In this document: one piece after another, positions 30,821 through 43,115 of the stretch | Numbering within the stretch: the first letter of the stretch is position 1 | Layout of the letters: every line of letters starts with the position of its first letter | Origin: Pelomonas sp. Root1237 | Lineage (GTDB): Bacteria; Pseudomonadota; Gammaproteobacteria; Burkholderiales; Burkholderiaceae_C | Length of the DNA: 64,000 nt | Assembly (NCBI RefSeq): GCF_001425055.1 | Contig: NZ_LMDK01000012.1 | Location: forward strand, 335,337-399,336 | Reading direction: 5' to 3' | The notes under the pieces: generated by a model | Databases searched by the model: none | Told to the model about the DNA's origin: nothing | Seen by the model: only the letters and a program-made list of their open reading frames with translations | Translations under genes and position numbers: made by a program

Positions 30821-30940
30821 GGGTGCTACGTGTTTGGGTCCCTGTTGGCACCGGCCGCCTGACGGCCCTGCGTAGCGCTCGTCCTGGCCGACTGACCGAG
30901 AGAAACGCCCTTATGCGGCGCTAACGCCGCCCCGCACACA

Positions 30941-33031
30941 GTGGAGGCCTCTTCACCACTCGTGCTCCTCATGGACGCCCTGTTCACCCTGTTCGCCCAT
31001 CCCCTGCTGACGGCCGCCGGCCTGCTTGGCATCGTGGCGCTGGTCTTCTACAAGCGCACGCTGCGCCTGTTCGGCTTCGTCATCGTGCCCGACGACTCCA
31101 TCGGCACGGTGACCAAAAACTTCGTTCTGTTCGGCCGCCACCGCGAGCTGCCGCCCGGCCGCATCGTCGCCCTCTACGGTGAAGCCGGCCTGCAGGCCGA
31201 CACGCTCGCCCCGGGCCTGCACCTGGGCCTGTGGCCCTGGCAGTACGAGATCGAGCTGGTCAAGTTCACCGTCATTCCCGATGACGCCGTCGGCATCGTC
31301 GAGGCCTGCGATGGCCTGCCCATGCCCGACGGCCGCGTGCTGGCCCGCCATGTCGACTGCGACCACTTCCAGGACGCCCGCACCTTCCTCGCCGCTGGCG
31401 AGCGCGGCCTGCAGATGACCGTCGTGCCCCCGGGCGCCTGGCGCATCAACACGCTGCTGTTCACCGTGCACCTGGAGCGCATGACCGTCATCGAGCCCGG
31501 CAAGATCGGCATCGTCGAGGCCCGCGACGGCAAGCCGCTGGCCGGCGGCCGCGTCATCGGCCGCACGGTGGCCTGCGACAGCTTCCAGGACGCCCGCGCC
31601 TTCATGGCCGGCGGCGGCGAGCGTGGCCCGCAGATGACCGTCATCCCGCAAGGCAAGTACCGCATCAACCCGCGCTTCTTCAAGGTCGTGCAGGTGCCCG
31701 TCACCGACGTGCCCGACAACAAGGTCGGCATCGTGACGACCCGCGAGGGCACGTCCCTGACCACCGGCGAGATCGCCGGACCGGAAGTGCCCGGCCACAA
31801 CCTGTTCCAGGAGCCGCATGCCTTCGTCAACGCCGGTGGCACCAAGGGCCTGCAGGAGCAGGTGCTGCTGGCCGGCCGCTACTTCATCAACCCGATGTTC
31901 GCCACCGTCGAGATCATCGACATGACCGAGGTGCCCATTGCCTCGGTGGGCGTCGTCGTGGCCTTCGTCGGCAAGCCCGGCGTGGACGTGACGGGCGAGG
32001 GCTTCCGCCATGCCAACATGGTCCGCCGTGGCGAGAAGGGCGTGTGGGTGGATGTGCTCGACCCCGGCAAGTACGCCATCAACACCTACACCCACAAGGT
32101 GCGGGTCGTGCCCACGGCCAATGTGGTGCTGAACTGGGCCACCGGCAAGACCGAGGCCCACCGCCTGGACGCCAACCTGTCAACCATCACCGTGCGCTCC
32201 GCCGACGGCTTCACCTTCAACCTCGACGTCAGCCAGATCATCCACATCCCGCGCAACGACGCGCCCAAGGTCATCGCCCGCTTCGGCAGCATGGAGGCCC
32301 TGGTCACGCAGGTGCTGGAGCCCACCATCGGCAACTACTTCCGCAACGCCGCGCAGAACTCGGACGTCATCGACTTCCTGAAGAAGCGCAGCGAGCGCCA
32401 GGCCGAGGCCAAGGCCGCCATTGCCGTGGCGTTGAAGGCCTATGACGTCGGTGCGGTGGAGACGCTGATCGGCGACATCGTGCCGCCGGCCGAACTGATG
32501 AAGACGCTGACCGACCGCAAGCTCGCCGAGCAGGAGAAGGTCACCTTCACGACGCAGATGGAAGCCCAGGGCGTGCGCCAGCAGCTCGAGCAGGCCACAG
32601 CCCTGGCCCGCACCCAGGCCCAGGTGGTGGATGCCGAGCGCAAGGTCGCCATCGCCGAGTTCAGCGCGCAGGCGGCGGTGAAGACGGCCGATGGCGCGGC
32701 GCGCTCGAAGAAAATCACGGCGGAAGCCGATGCCGAGGTCACGCGCGTGACCGGCCAGGCCGAGGCCGGCCGCACGCTGGCCATCGGCGAGGCCGAGGCC
32801 GAGGTCATCCGCCAGAAGATCGGCTCCATGGAATCGGGCAACTACGCCATCGTGCAGGTCGCCCAGGCCCTGGCTGGCGCCGGCGTGCAGCTGGTGCCCG
32901 AGGTCGTGGTGGGTGGTGGTCAGGGCGCGGGGCAGGGCGGCACCCTGGTGGACGTGCTGCTGGCTGGCCTGGTGAAAGATCGCCTCGACAAGCCGGTGCG
33001 GCCGCAGGTCGAGGTGGTGGAGGCCTCCTAA
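30941..33031 (+). CDS. Flotillin/YqiK-like SPFH-domain protein with an N-terminal TM helix and repeated modules
   Basis: 696 aa with an N-terminal TM helix, about four tandem ~65-aa repeats (GIVEACDG...RIN / GIVEARDG...RIN ...), an SPFH core and a long Ala/Glu-rich coiled coil. Starts with GTG at 30941; an alternative ATG is at 30971. Confidence 0.85.
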   Translation: MEASSPLVLLMDALFTLFAHPLLTAAGLLGIVALVFYKRTLRLFGFVIVPDDSIGTVTKNFVLFGRHRELPPGRIVALYGEAGLQADTLAPGLHLGLWPWQYEIELVKFTVIPDDAVGIVEACDGLPMPDGRVLARHVDCDHFQDARTFLAAGERGLQMTVVPPGAWRINTLLFTVHLERMTVIEPGKIGIVEARDGKPLAGGRVIGRTVACDSFQDARAFMAGGGERGPQMTVIPQGKYRINPRFFKVVQVPVTDVPDNKVGIVTTREGTSLTTGEIAGPEVPGHNLFQEPHAFVNAGGTKGLQEQVLLAGRYFINPMFATVEIIDMTEVPIASVGVVVAFVGKPGVDVTGEGFRHANMVRRGEKGVWVDVLDPGKYAINTYTHKVRVVPTANVVLNWATGKTEAHRLDANLSTITVRSADGFTFNLDVSQIIHIPRNDAPKVIARFGSMEALVTQVLEPTIGNYFRNAAQNSDVIDFLKKRSERQAEAKAAIAVALKAYDVGAVETLIGDIVPPAELMKTLTDRKLAEQEKVTFTTQMEAQGVRQQLEQATALARTQAQVVDAERKVAIAEFSAQAAVKTADGAARSKKITAEADAEVTRVTGQAEAGRTLAIGEAEAEVIRQKIGSMESGNYAIVQVAQALAGAGVQLVPEVVVGGGQGAGQGGTLVDVLLAGLVKDRLDKPVRPQVEVVEAS

Positions 33032-33044
33032 ACTCCGCCGCCTC

Positions 33045-34328
33045 ATGATCCCTCGTCCCGTTGTCCAATTCCTGCCCTGGATCGCCGTCGGCTCGCTGAT
33101 GGGCCTGGCCTGGGCGGGCTGGCGGCTGCGCCTGGCCTGGCAGGGCCTGCAGGCTGCCCAGCGCGCCGCTCAGCTCGAGCGCGCGCTGCGCGAGTTCGGC
33201 GACCTGATGCGTGACGCCGACCTTCCCGAGGCCCATGTCCACGAACTGTTGCAGGCGCTGGCCGGCAACACCGGCCTGGCCACGGCGGCACTGCTGCGGC
33301 CGTCGCCCGGCGCGCAGGACATCGTCGTCGGCGAGCCGGATGCGAATGCGCTGGCCGGCCTGCAGCTGTGCGCCGATGGCGGCCGGGCGCTGGGCCCCGG
33401 CACCGACCATCACGCCGAGGAGCCTGACCTCTATCTGCCGCTGCGCGGCCGCGATACGGCCCTGGGCGCCGTCACGCTGCGCGGGCTGGGCACCGAGGCC
33501 TTGGCCGTGGACCAGCTTGCGCACGCCCAGGCCCTGTGCGACCAGATGGGCCTGGCCCTGCAGCGCCGCCGTGTGCAGGATGAGGCCCGGCAATCGGCCG
33601 AACTGGCCGAGACCCAGTCCACCCGCAACGCCATGCTGGCCGCGATCTCGCACGACTACCGCACACCGCTGGCGACCATCATGGGTTCGGCTTCTGCCCT
33701 GCAGACCCAGGGGGATCGGTTGACGACGGCGCAACGCAGCGAGTTGGCCAGCCGCATCGTCGACGAGACCGCCCGCCTGGTGCGACTGACCGACAACACG
33801 CTGCAGCTCGCTCGCCTGGGCGCGCCCGGCGTGGCGCTGCGCTGCGACTGGGAGTCGGCCGAGGAGATCGTCGGCGCGGCCCTGCGCCGCGTGCGCCGCC
33901 GCCCGGACGGCGAGCGCGTGAAGGCGCGAATCGAGCCGGAGCTGCCGCTGCTGTGGTGTGATGCGGCCCTGATGTCGCAGCTGCTGGACAACCTCATCGA
34001 CAACGCATTGAAGTACAGCCCGGCCGAAGCCGTCGTCGAGCTGGTCGTGCGCCGCCTTGGCAGCGAAGTGATGTTTGCCGTGCGCGACCGCGGCCCCGGC
34101 ATCGACCCGGCCTGGCGCGAGCGCGTCTTCGACGCCTTCCAGCGCGGCGACCTGGCCGCCTTTTCTCAGCGCCCACCGGGCTCGGGCGTGGGCCTGGCCT
34201 TGTGCCGCGCGATTGCCGAGGCCCACGACGGCGCCCTGAGCCTGCGCCCGCGCGGCCATGGCGGTTGCAGCTTCGAGCTGCGCCTGCCGTTGCGCGACGC
34301 GCCTGAGCTGCCGGAGGCCGCGACGTGA
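33045..34328 (+). CDS. Sensor histidine kinase resembling the C-terminal half of KdpD (single TM, HisKA plus HATPase); the KdpD N-terminal sensor and Usp domains are absent
   Basis: The H-box is ISHDYRTPLATIMG; N, G1 and G2 boxes are present. Its start lies 14 nt after the flotillin stop, and its stop overlaps the response-regulator start. Confidence 0.85.
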   Translation: MIPRPVVQFLPWIAVGSLMGLAWAGWRLRLAWQGLQAAQRAAQLERALREFGDLMRDADLPEAHVHELLQALAGNTGLATAALLRPSPGAQDIVVGEPDANALAGLQLCADGGRALGPGTDHHAEEPDLYLPLRGRDTALGAVTLRGLGTEALAVDQLAHAQALCDQMGLALQRRRVQDEARQSAELAETQSTRNAMLAAISHDYRTPLATIMGSASALQTQGDRLTTAQRSELASRIVDETARLVRLTDNTLQLARLGAPGVALRCDWESAEEIVGAALRRVRRRPDGERVKARIEPELPLLWCDAALMSQLLDNLIDNALKYSPAEAVVELVVRRLGSEVMFAVRDRGPGIDPAWRERVFDAFQRGDLAAFSQRPPGSGVGLALCRAIAEAHDGALSLRPRGHGGCSFELRLPLRDAPELPEAAT

Positions 34329-35011
34329 AACTGCTGCTTGTCGAAGACGACCGTGAATTGCGCGTGACCTTGCGCGAGGCCCTGGTCGTCGAAGGCTACG
34401 AGGTGCTGACCGCCGCTAGCCTGGCCGATGCCATGGCCCAGCTCGCTCACGCCGGCCATCTCGATGCCGTGCTGCTGGATCTGGGCCTGCCCGACGGCGA
34501 TGGTGAGGAACTGCTGCAGGCCCTGCGCCGAGAGCGCTCGACGCCGCTGATCGTCATTTCGGCCCGCCAGGTCGAAGGCCAGAAGATTCGCCTGCTCGAT
34601 GCTGGCGCCGACGACTACCTCGTCAAGCCCTTCGGCATCGGCGAGCTGCTGGCGCGGCTGCGCGTGGCACTGCGCCATCGCGGCACCGTTGCCCAGCCAG
34701 CCATCACCATGTACCGCCGCGCCGGCCTGGAAGTCGACCTGGCCGCCCACCGCGTACGTCGCGATGGCGCCGACGTGCGCCTGACGCCCACCGAGTTCAA
34801 GCTGCTCGCCCGCCTGGTGCGCCAGGCCGGCCAGGTCGTCACCCACCGCCGCCTGCTGGCCGACGTCTGGGGCGCGGACGCGACCGAGCAGACCCACTAT
34901 CTGCGCCTGTACATGGGCCAGTTGCGCGCCAAGCTCGAGGTCGAGCCGGCCGAGCCCTGCGTGCTGCTGACCGAGCCGGGCGTGGGCTATCGCATCGCCG
35001 AACCGAACTGA
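34325..35011 (+). CDS. OmpR/KdpE-family response regulator
   Basis: A receiver domain (LLVEDD...D) is joined to a winged-helix DNA-binding domain. Confidence 0.9.
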   Translation: MKLLLVEDDRELRVTLREALVVEGYEVLTAASLADAMAQLAHAGHLDAVLLDLGLPDGDGEELLQALRRERSTPLIVISARQVEGQKIRLLDAGADDYLVKPFGIGELLARLRVALRHRGTVAQPAITMYRRAGLEVDLAAHRVRRDGADVRLTPTEFKLLARLVRQAGQVVTHRRLLADVWGADATEQTHYLRLYMGQLRAKLEVEPAEPCVLLTEPGVGYRIAEPN

Positions 35012-35019
35012 TCCCGCTC

Positions 35020-35847
35020 ATGCAAGTCACCCACTGGATTCCCGTTGACGGCGCCGAGCTGGCCGTCGAATACCGCCCCCACGACGATGGCCGCGCACCG
35101 CTCGTGTTCCTGCACGCCGGCGTCACCGACAGCCGGTTGTGGGACGGCGCCATGGCCGCGGCTGCCGGGCAGCGCTCAGCTCTGCGCATCGACCGCCGCG
35201 GCTTTGGTCAGACGCGCGTGGCCGCCGCTCGCCCGCATGCCTGGGTCAGCGACCTGCGCGCCGTGCTGGACGTGCTGCGGCTGGACCGCGTGGAGCTGGT
35301 GGGCTGCTCGTTGGGCGGCCGCATCGCCATCGATTTCGCGCTGGCCTCGCCCGAGCGCGTGGCCGGCCTGACGCTGGTGGCGCCTGCCGTCACCGGCGCC
35401 CCCGACCCCACGCCCGAGCTGGATGCCGCCAGCCGTGAGTTGAACGACGCCACGCAGGCCGCCCGCGCCGCGGGCCAGCTCGACGAGGTCAACCGCCTGC
35501 AGGCCCGCCTGTGGCTGGACGGCCCCGGCCAGCCCGAAGGCCGGGTCGGCGGCGCCGCGCGCGAGCTGTTCCTGGCGATGAACCGCATCGCGCTGCACGC
35601 GCCGGCCATCGGCGAGTTGCAGCCCGCGCCCGACGCCTGGCCGCGGCTGGAGCAACTGGCCATGCCCACGTGCGTGGTGTGCGGCGACCTGGACCTGCCT
35701 TACCTGGTGCAGCGCTGCCGGCAGATGGCCGCGCGCATCCCTGGCGCGCGCCACGTGGCGCTGCCGGGGATGGCCCACCTGCCGTCGCTGGAAGCGCCGG
35801 AGGCCTTCACCCGCGTGATGCAGGACGCCGGGCTGCTGGACCGCTGA
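35020..35847 (+). CDS. Alpha/beta-fold hydrolase
   Basis: The nucleophile-elbow motif is GCSLGG. It sits 8 nt after the regulator's stop. Confidence 0.8.
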   Translation: MQVTHWIPVDGAELAVEYRPHDDGRAPLVFLHAGVTDSRLWDGAMAAAAGQRSALRIDRRGFGQTRVAAARPHAWVSDLRAVLDVLRLDRVELVGCSLGGRIAIDFALASPERVAGLTLVAPAVTGAPDPTPELDAASRELNDATQAARAAGQLDEVNRLQARLWLDGPGQPEGRVGGAARELFLAMNRIALHAPAIGELQPAPDAWPRLEQLAMPTCVVCGDLDLPYLVQRCRQMAARIPGARHVALPGMAHLPSLEAPEAFTRVMQDAGLLDR

Positions 35848-35851
35848 GGGC

Positions 35852-36631
35852 TCAGCGCGGCGGCTTCACGCTGGCCAGGTGCATGCCGCTGTCCAGCATC
35901 AGCAGCTCACCGGTCACCGTGCGGGCGCCGTCCACCAGCCAGACGATGGCTTCCGCCACGTCCTCGGGGGAGCAGGCGCGCTGCAGCGGCACGCCGGCTT
36001 CATAGGCCTTCAGGCCAGCCTCGTAGCCCTGTTGCCCCACGCCCTGCACGAACCAGCGTGACGTGATGAGGCCAGGGCACACGGCGTTCACGCGCACGGC
36101 GGGTGCCAGGGACCGGGCCAGGTGCAGCGTCATCGCGTTGATGGCGCCCTTGGACGCGATGTAGGGCATGGACGAGCCCACGCCCAAAGCGCCGGCCACC
36201 GACGATACGTTGACGATGCAGCCCTGCGCGGCTTTCAGCGCGTCGACGCAAGCCCGCACCATCTGGAAGCTGCCCAGCGCATTGACGGCCAGGATGCGCT
36301 GGAAGGTGTCGGCGTCCAGCGCGTCCCAGTCGGCCGCGGCGCCGAACACCGACACGCCGGCGTTGTTCACCAGTGCGTCGATGCGGCCCCAGCGGTCCAG
36401 CGCGGCCTGCGCCAGCGCGCGGCAGTCGCCGTCCTGCGCCACGTCGCCCTGCTTCACGAACACGTCGGACCCGGCCGCACGGCAGGCCGCGGCGCAGGCT
36501 GCGGCCTCGTCCGCGCTGCGCGAGTAGTTGATCAGCAGGTCGTAACCCCTGCCGGCCAGCATCAGCGCCGTGGCGGCGCCCACACCCGTGCCGCCGCCGG
36601 TGATCAGCGCGACCTTGCCTGCCGTAGCCAT
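35852..36631 (-). CDS. SDR-family oxidoreductase
   Basis: TGGGTGVG NAD-binding motif and a YxxxK catalytic motif. Confidence 0.85.
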   Translation of the reverse strand: MATAGKVALITGGGTGVGAATALMLAGRGYDLLINYSRSADEAAACAAACRAAGSDVFVKQGDVAQDGDCRALAQAALDRWGRIDALVNNAGVSVFGAAADWDALDADTFQRILAVNALGSFQMVRACVDALKAAQGCIVNVSSVAGALGVGSSMPYIASKGAINAMTLHLARSLAPAVRVNAVCPGLITSRWFVQGVGQQGYEAGLKAYEAGVPLQRACSPEDVAEAIVWLVDGARTVTGELLMLDSGMHLASVKPPR

Positions 36632-36682
36632 GCGTCTTCTCCAGTGGAATTGCGGCGGGTCAGTCCAGGACCCGCCGCCGCC

Positions 36683-38994
<2,312 letters not shown>

Positions 38995-38998
<4 letters not shown>

Positions 38999-39462
38999 GC
39001 GGCACCGCCTTCCAGGCCGGCGGCCGACTTGATGGCGCTGCGGATGCGCGTGTAGGTGCCGCAGCGGCAGAGGTTGCCGCTCATGGCCGCGTCGATGTCG
39101 GCGTCGGTGGGCTTGGGCTTTTGCTGCAGCAGGGCTGTCGCGCTCATGATTTGACCCGCCTGGCAGTAGCCGCACTGCGGCACGCCGAGCTTGACCCAGG
39201 CGTGCTGCACGGCCTGTCCGGTCTTGGTCGCGCCAACGCCTTCGATGGTCACGACGCGCTTGCCCGCCGCGGCGGACAGCGGCGTCTGGCAGGCGCGCAC
39301 CGGCTGGCCATCGAGGTGCACCGTGCAGGCGCCGCACAAGGCGAGGCCGCAACCGAACTTGGTGCCCGTCATGCCGAGATGGTCGCGCAGCACCCACAGC
39401 AGCGGGGTCTCGTCGCTGGCCTCTACCGTCATCGATTGGCCATTGATCTGCAATGTCGTCAT
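38995..39462 (-). CDS. (2Fe-2S)-binding small subunit of the Mo-hydroxylase
   Basis: Carries [12 protein letters not shown] and QCGYCQ...CRCGTY. Confidence 0.85.
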
Positions 39463-39557
39463 CGAAGTCTCCACGGGTCGGAAACGTGCGCGGAACCGGC
39501 GCATTCGGCTACAGCAGCCGCGAACGCTACACGTTTCCGGCCAAACGCGCTGGCGGC

Positions 39558-40325
39558 TCAGTGCGATTGCTCGTCCAGCATCTGCGCCAGCGCCTGCGCG
39601 AAGGCGTGGGCGTCGCCCGGCCAGCGCGCGCTGAGGTAGTGGCCGTCGCGGACCGTGAAACCGCGGCCGAGGTGCTGGGGCGTGTCGCGCAGCAGGGGTG
39701 GCGGGCCGGCGTCGAAGTCCCGCGGGCTGGCCAGCAATGACTGCACTTCGGTCTGCAGCGGTGTGGGATAGGTGCGGTAGTAGCTGCCCAGCCAGGCGGC
39801 CGTCATCAGCCAGGCCGTCATTTCCTGCTGCTTTGTCAGGCCGGTGGTTCGCCGGCCGTGCAGCACGGACTTGCCGTCGGCGCGCTTCGAGCGGGCCGCC
39901 AGCAGCACGCCGTGGCAGATGGCGGCGACCGGCTTGTCGGCCGCGAACTGCGCCGCCACCACCGCCTGCAGCCGAGGCGATTCGAGATAGACCTTCATGC
40001 CCGGCGCATGGCCACCGGGCAGCAGCAGGGCGTCGACGCTGCCGGCGTCGATGTCGTCATAGGGAACAGGTTGCCGGAACGCCTCGCTCTGCACCATCGC
40101 CGCATGCGCCTCGCGGGCCGTGGCATCGGCCCTGAGCACGGATTTCCAAGGTCCCAAGCCTTTGCCATCCAGCATGCGCGGATCAGCCTGGGCGGGGCGG
40201 CCGTCGGGCGTCGCGAAGCGGATGGTGTGGCCCCGTGCCGTCAGCAGCTTCCAAGGGATGCCTGCCTCGGAGGGGTCGTAGTCCTGGGCGGGCAGGGGGA
40301 TGAGGATGCGGGCCATGTTGAGCAT
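39558..40325 (-). CDS. DJ-1/PfpI-family (type-1 glutamine amidotransferase-like) protein
   Basis: [11 protein letters not shown] gives the nucleophile-elbow Cys context. It lies about 95 nt upstream of the Mo-hydroxylase small subunit on the same strand. Confidence 0.7.
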   Translation of the reverse strand: MLNMARILIPLPAQDYDPSEAGIPWKLLTARGHTIRFATPDGRPAQADPRMLDGKGLGPWKSVLRADATAREAHAAMVQSEAFRQPVPYDDIDAGSVDALLLPGGHAPGMKVYLESPRLQAVVAAQFAADKPVAAICHGVLLAARSKRADGKSVLHGRRTTGLTKQQEMTAWLMTAAWLGSYYRTYPTPLQTEVQSLLASPRDFDAGPPPLLRDTPQHLGRGFTVRDGHYLSARWPGDAHAFAQALAQMLDEQSH

Positions 40326-40398
40326 CCTAAAGACAGAAAGGTGCCGATGCTGCTAGGCTGCCCCGCGCCCGCCAGCGGTGGCGGAACGGGAGCGAGGC

Positions 40399-40893
40399 AT
40401 GGCGGAGTTGACGGTCAACGGCAAGCGGGTGCAGTTCGAGGCGGAGGCCGACACGCCGCTGCTGTGGGTGCTGCGTGAGCAGCTCAGCCTCACGGGCACC
40501 AAGTACGGCTGCGGCGTCGCCCAGTGCGGCGCCTGCACGGTGCACATCGACGGCGCGCCGGTGCGCAGCTGCGTGATGCCGGCTTCGGCGCTGACGACGG
40601 CGCAGAAGATCACCACCATCGAGGGCTTGGCGCCGAATGCAAGCCATCCGCTGCAGAAGGCCTGGGACGCGCTGGACGTGCCGCAATGCGGCTTCTGCCA
40701 GAGCGGCATGCTGATGGCCGCCGCGGCGCTGCTGAAGGCCAAGCCCAAGCCGACCGATGCCGACATTGACGCGGCCATGACCAACATCTGCCGCTGTGGC
40801 ACCTACAACCGTGTGCGCGCCGCCATCCACCTGGCCGCGGGCCAGGTGCAGCGCAAGCAGATCCCCATCGTCATCGAAGGGGGCCAGGCATGA
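40399..40893 (+). CDS. (2Fe-2S)-binding small subunit of a second Mo-hydroxylase (IorA-like)
   Basis: Carries [12 protein letters not shown] and QCGFCQSG...CRCGTY. It is a paralog of 38995-39462. Confidence 0.85.
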   Translation: MAELTVNGKRVQFEAEADTPLLWVLREQLSLTGTKYGCGVAQCGACTVHIDGAPVRSCVMPASALTTAQKITTIEGLAPNASHPLQKAWDALDVPQCGFCQSGMLMAAAALLKAKPKPTDADIDAAMTNICRCGTYNRVRAAIHLAAGQVQRKQIPIVIEGGQA

Positions 40894-40964
40894 GTCCCGC
40901 ACGGCCGCCCGAAGGGGCTCAACTCCCGCTTGGCGGGACAGCGCGCAGCGCGAAGGGTGCACCA

Positions 40965-43115
40965 ATGAGCGCGGTTCTTTCCCGTCGAAGCTTTTTGCAC
41001 ACCACGAGCGCCGCCGCCGGCGGGCTGATGGTGGGCTTCCACGTGCCAGGCCTTGCCGAGGGTGAAGCCACGCCCGAGCTGAACGCCTGGGTGCAGATCC
41101 TGCCGGACGAGAGCGTCGTCATCCGCATCGCGCGCTCGGAGATGGGGCAGGGCACGCTGACCGGCCTGGCCCAGCTCGTGGCCGAGGAGCTGGAGTGCGA
41201 CTGGGCCAAGGTGAAGACCGAATACCCGACGCCGGGCCAGAACCTGGCGCGCAACCGCGCCTGGGGCAGCATGAGCACGGGCGGCAGCCGTGGCGTGCGC
41301 GAGTCGCACGAGTACGTGCGCAAGGGCGGGGCGCTGGCGCGGGCGCTGTTGATCCAGGCGGCGGCCAACCAATGGCAGGTGTCGGTGGTGGAGTGCACGA
41401 CCTCGGCGGGTTGGGTGGTGCATGCCGGCAAGCGCTTGAGTTACGGCCAGCTCGCCGCCGAGGCCGCCAAGCTGGCCGCGCCGGCCGACATCCAGCTCAA
41501 GCCGGCCAAGGAATGGACGTTGGCGGGCAAGCCGATGAAGCGGCTGGATACCCGCCCCAAGCTCGACGGCTCGCAGGTCTACGGCATGGACCTGCAGCTG
41601 CCCGGCATGCTGAATGCGGCGATCAAGGACTGCCCGGTCTTCGGCGGCAAGCTCAAGAGCTTCGACGCGGCGGCCATCGAGGGCCGGCCGGGCGTGAAGA
41701 AGGTGGTGAAGGTGGGCGACTCGGCCGTGGCCGTCGTGGCCGACACCTGGTGGCGGGCCAAGACGGCGCTGGACGCGCTGCCCATCGTCTGGGACGAGGG
41801 CGCGAACGTCAACCAGAGCAGTGCCGACACGGCCGCCACGCTGAAGGCCGGCCTGGACGCCGCCGAGGCCGCGGTGGGCAGCAGCCAGGGCGATGTGAAG
41901 GCCGCGCTGGCGGCTGCCGCGAAGAAGGTCGAGGCTGTCTACAGCTACCCGCACCAGAACCACGCGACGATGGAGGTCATGAACGCGACGGCCAGGTGGA
42001 CACCCGAGCGTTGCGAGGTCTGGACGCCGACGCAGAACGGCGAGGCCGCGCTGGCCGCCGCTGCTGAATCGTCTGGCCTGCCGCCCTCGGCCTGCGAGGT
42101 CTACAAGCTGCATCTGGGCGGTGGCTTCGGCCGGCGCGGCGCCGTGCATGACTGGGTGCGCCAGGCCGTGGCCATTGCCAGGGAGCTGCCGGGCACGCCG
42201 GTCAAGCTGATCTGGAGCCGCGAGGAGGACATGACCCACGGCCGCTACCACCCGGTCACGCAGTGCAAGCTGATGGCAGGCCTGGACGCGGCGGGCAAGC
42301 TGACGGCCCTGCACATGCGCATCTCGGGCCAGAGCATCATCGCGGGCATCTTTCCGCAGAACATCAAGGACGGGAAGGACCCGGTCGTCTTCCAGGGGCT
42401 GAGCGCCGGTGGCGCGGAAGGGGCGCTCGGCTACGCGGTGCCGAACCTGCTCGTCGACCACGCGATGCGCAACCCGACGGTGCCGCCGGGGTTCTGGCGC
42501 GGCGTCAACCTGAACCAGAACGCGGTCTATCTGGAGTGCTTCATCGACGAGGTGGCCCACGCCGCCAAGCGCGATCCGCTGGAGCTGCGCCGCGAGCTGC
42601 TCGCCAACTCGCCCAAGCACCTGGCCGTATTGAATGCCGTGGCGGCGAAGGCCGGCTGGGGCAAGCCACGAGCGAAGGGAAGATATCTGGGCCTGGCGCA
42701 GATCATGGGCTTTGGCAGCTATGTGGCGGCCTGCGCCGAGGTGTCGGTGAGCAAGAAGGGTGAGCTCAAGATCCACCGCATCGTCGCCGCCACCGACCCC
42801 GGCCATGCGGTCAACCCGCAGCAGATCGCGGCCCAGGTCGAGGGCAGCTTCGTCTATGGCCTGTCGGCGGCGCTGTTCGGCGAGATCACCGTCAAGGATG
42901 GGCGCGTCGAGCAGCAGAACTTCGACACCTACCCGGTGCTGAAGATGGAGCACATGCCGGCCGTCGAGACCATCGTCATGCCCTCGGGCGGCTTCTGGGG
43001 CGGCGTGGGTGAGCCCACCATCGCGGTGGCGGCCCCGGCCGTGCTGAATGCGATCTTCGCGGCGACCGGCAAGCGCATCAGGGACCTGCCGCTCAGCAAG
43101 AACAAGCTCGCGTGA
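40965..43115 (+). CDS. Xanthine-dehydrogenase-family molybdopterin-binding subunit (IorB-like) with a TAT signal
   Basis: Starts MSAVLSRRSFLHTTSAAAGGLMVG and contains SEMGQGTLTGLA. It is a paralog of 36683-38998. Confidence 0.85.
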   Translation: MSAVLSRRSFLHTTSAAAGGLMVGFHVPGLAEGEATPELNAWVQILPDESVVIRIARSEMGQGTLTGLAQLVAEELECDWAKVKTEYPTPGQNLARNRAWGSMSTGGSRGVRESHEYVRKGGALARALLIQAAANQWQVSVVECTTSAGWVVHAGKRLSYGQLAAEAAKLAAPADIQLKPAKEWTLAGKPMKRLDTRPKLDGSQVYGMDLQLPGMLNAAIKDCPVFGGKLKSFDAAAIEGRPGVKKVVKVGDSAVAVVADTWWRAKTALDALPIVWDEGANVNQSSADTAATLKAGLDAAEAAVGSSQGDVKAALAAAAKKVEAVYSYPHQNHATMEVMNATARWTPERCEVWTPTQNGEAALAAAAESSGLPPSACEVYKLHLGGGFGRRGAVHDWVRQAVAIARELPGTPVKLIWSREEDMTHGRYHPVTQCKLMAGLDAAGKLTALHMRISGQSIIAGIFPQNIKDGKDPVVFQGLSAGGAEGALGYAVPNLLVDHAMRNPTVPPGFWRGVNLNQNAVYLECFIDEVAHAAKRDPLELRRELLANSPKHLAVLNAVAAKAGWGKPRAKGRYLGLAQIMGFGSYVAACAEVSVSKKGELKIHRIVAATDPGHAVNPQQIAAQVEGSFVYGLSAALFGEITVKDGRVEQQNFDTYPVLKMEHMPAVETIVMPSGGFWGGVGEPTIAVAAPAVLNAIFAATGKRIRDLPLSKNKLA

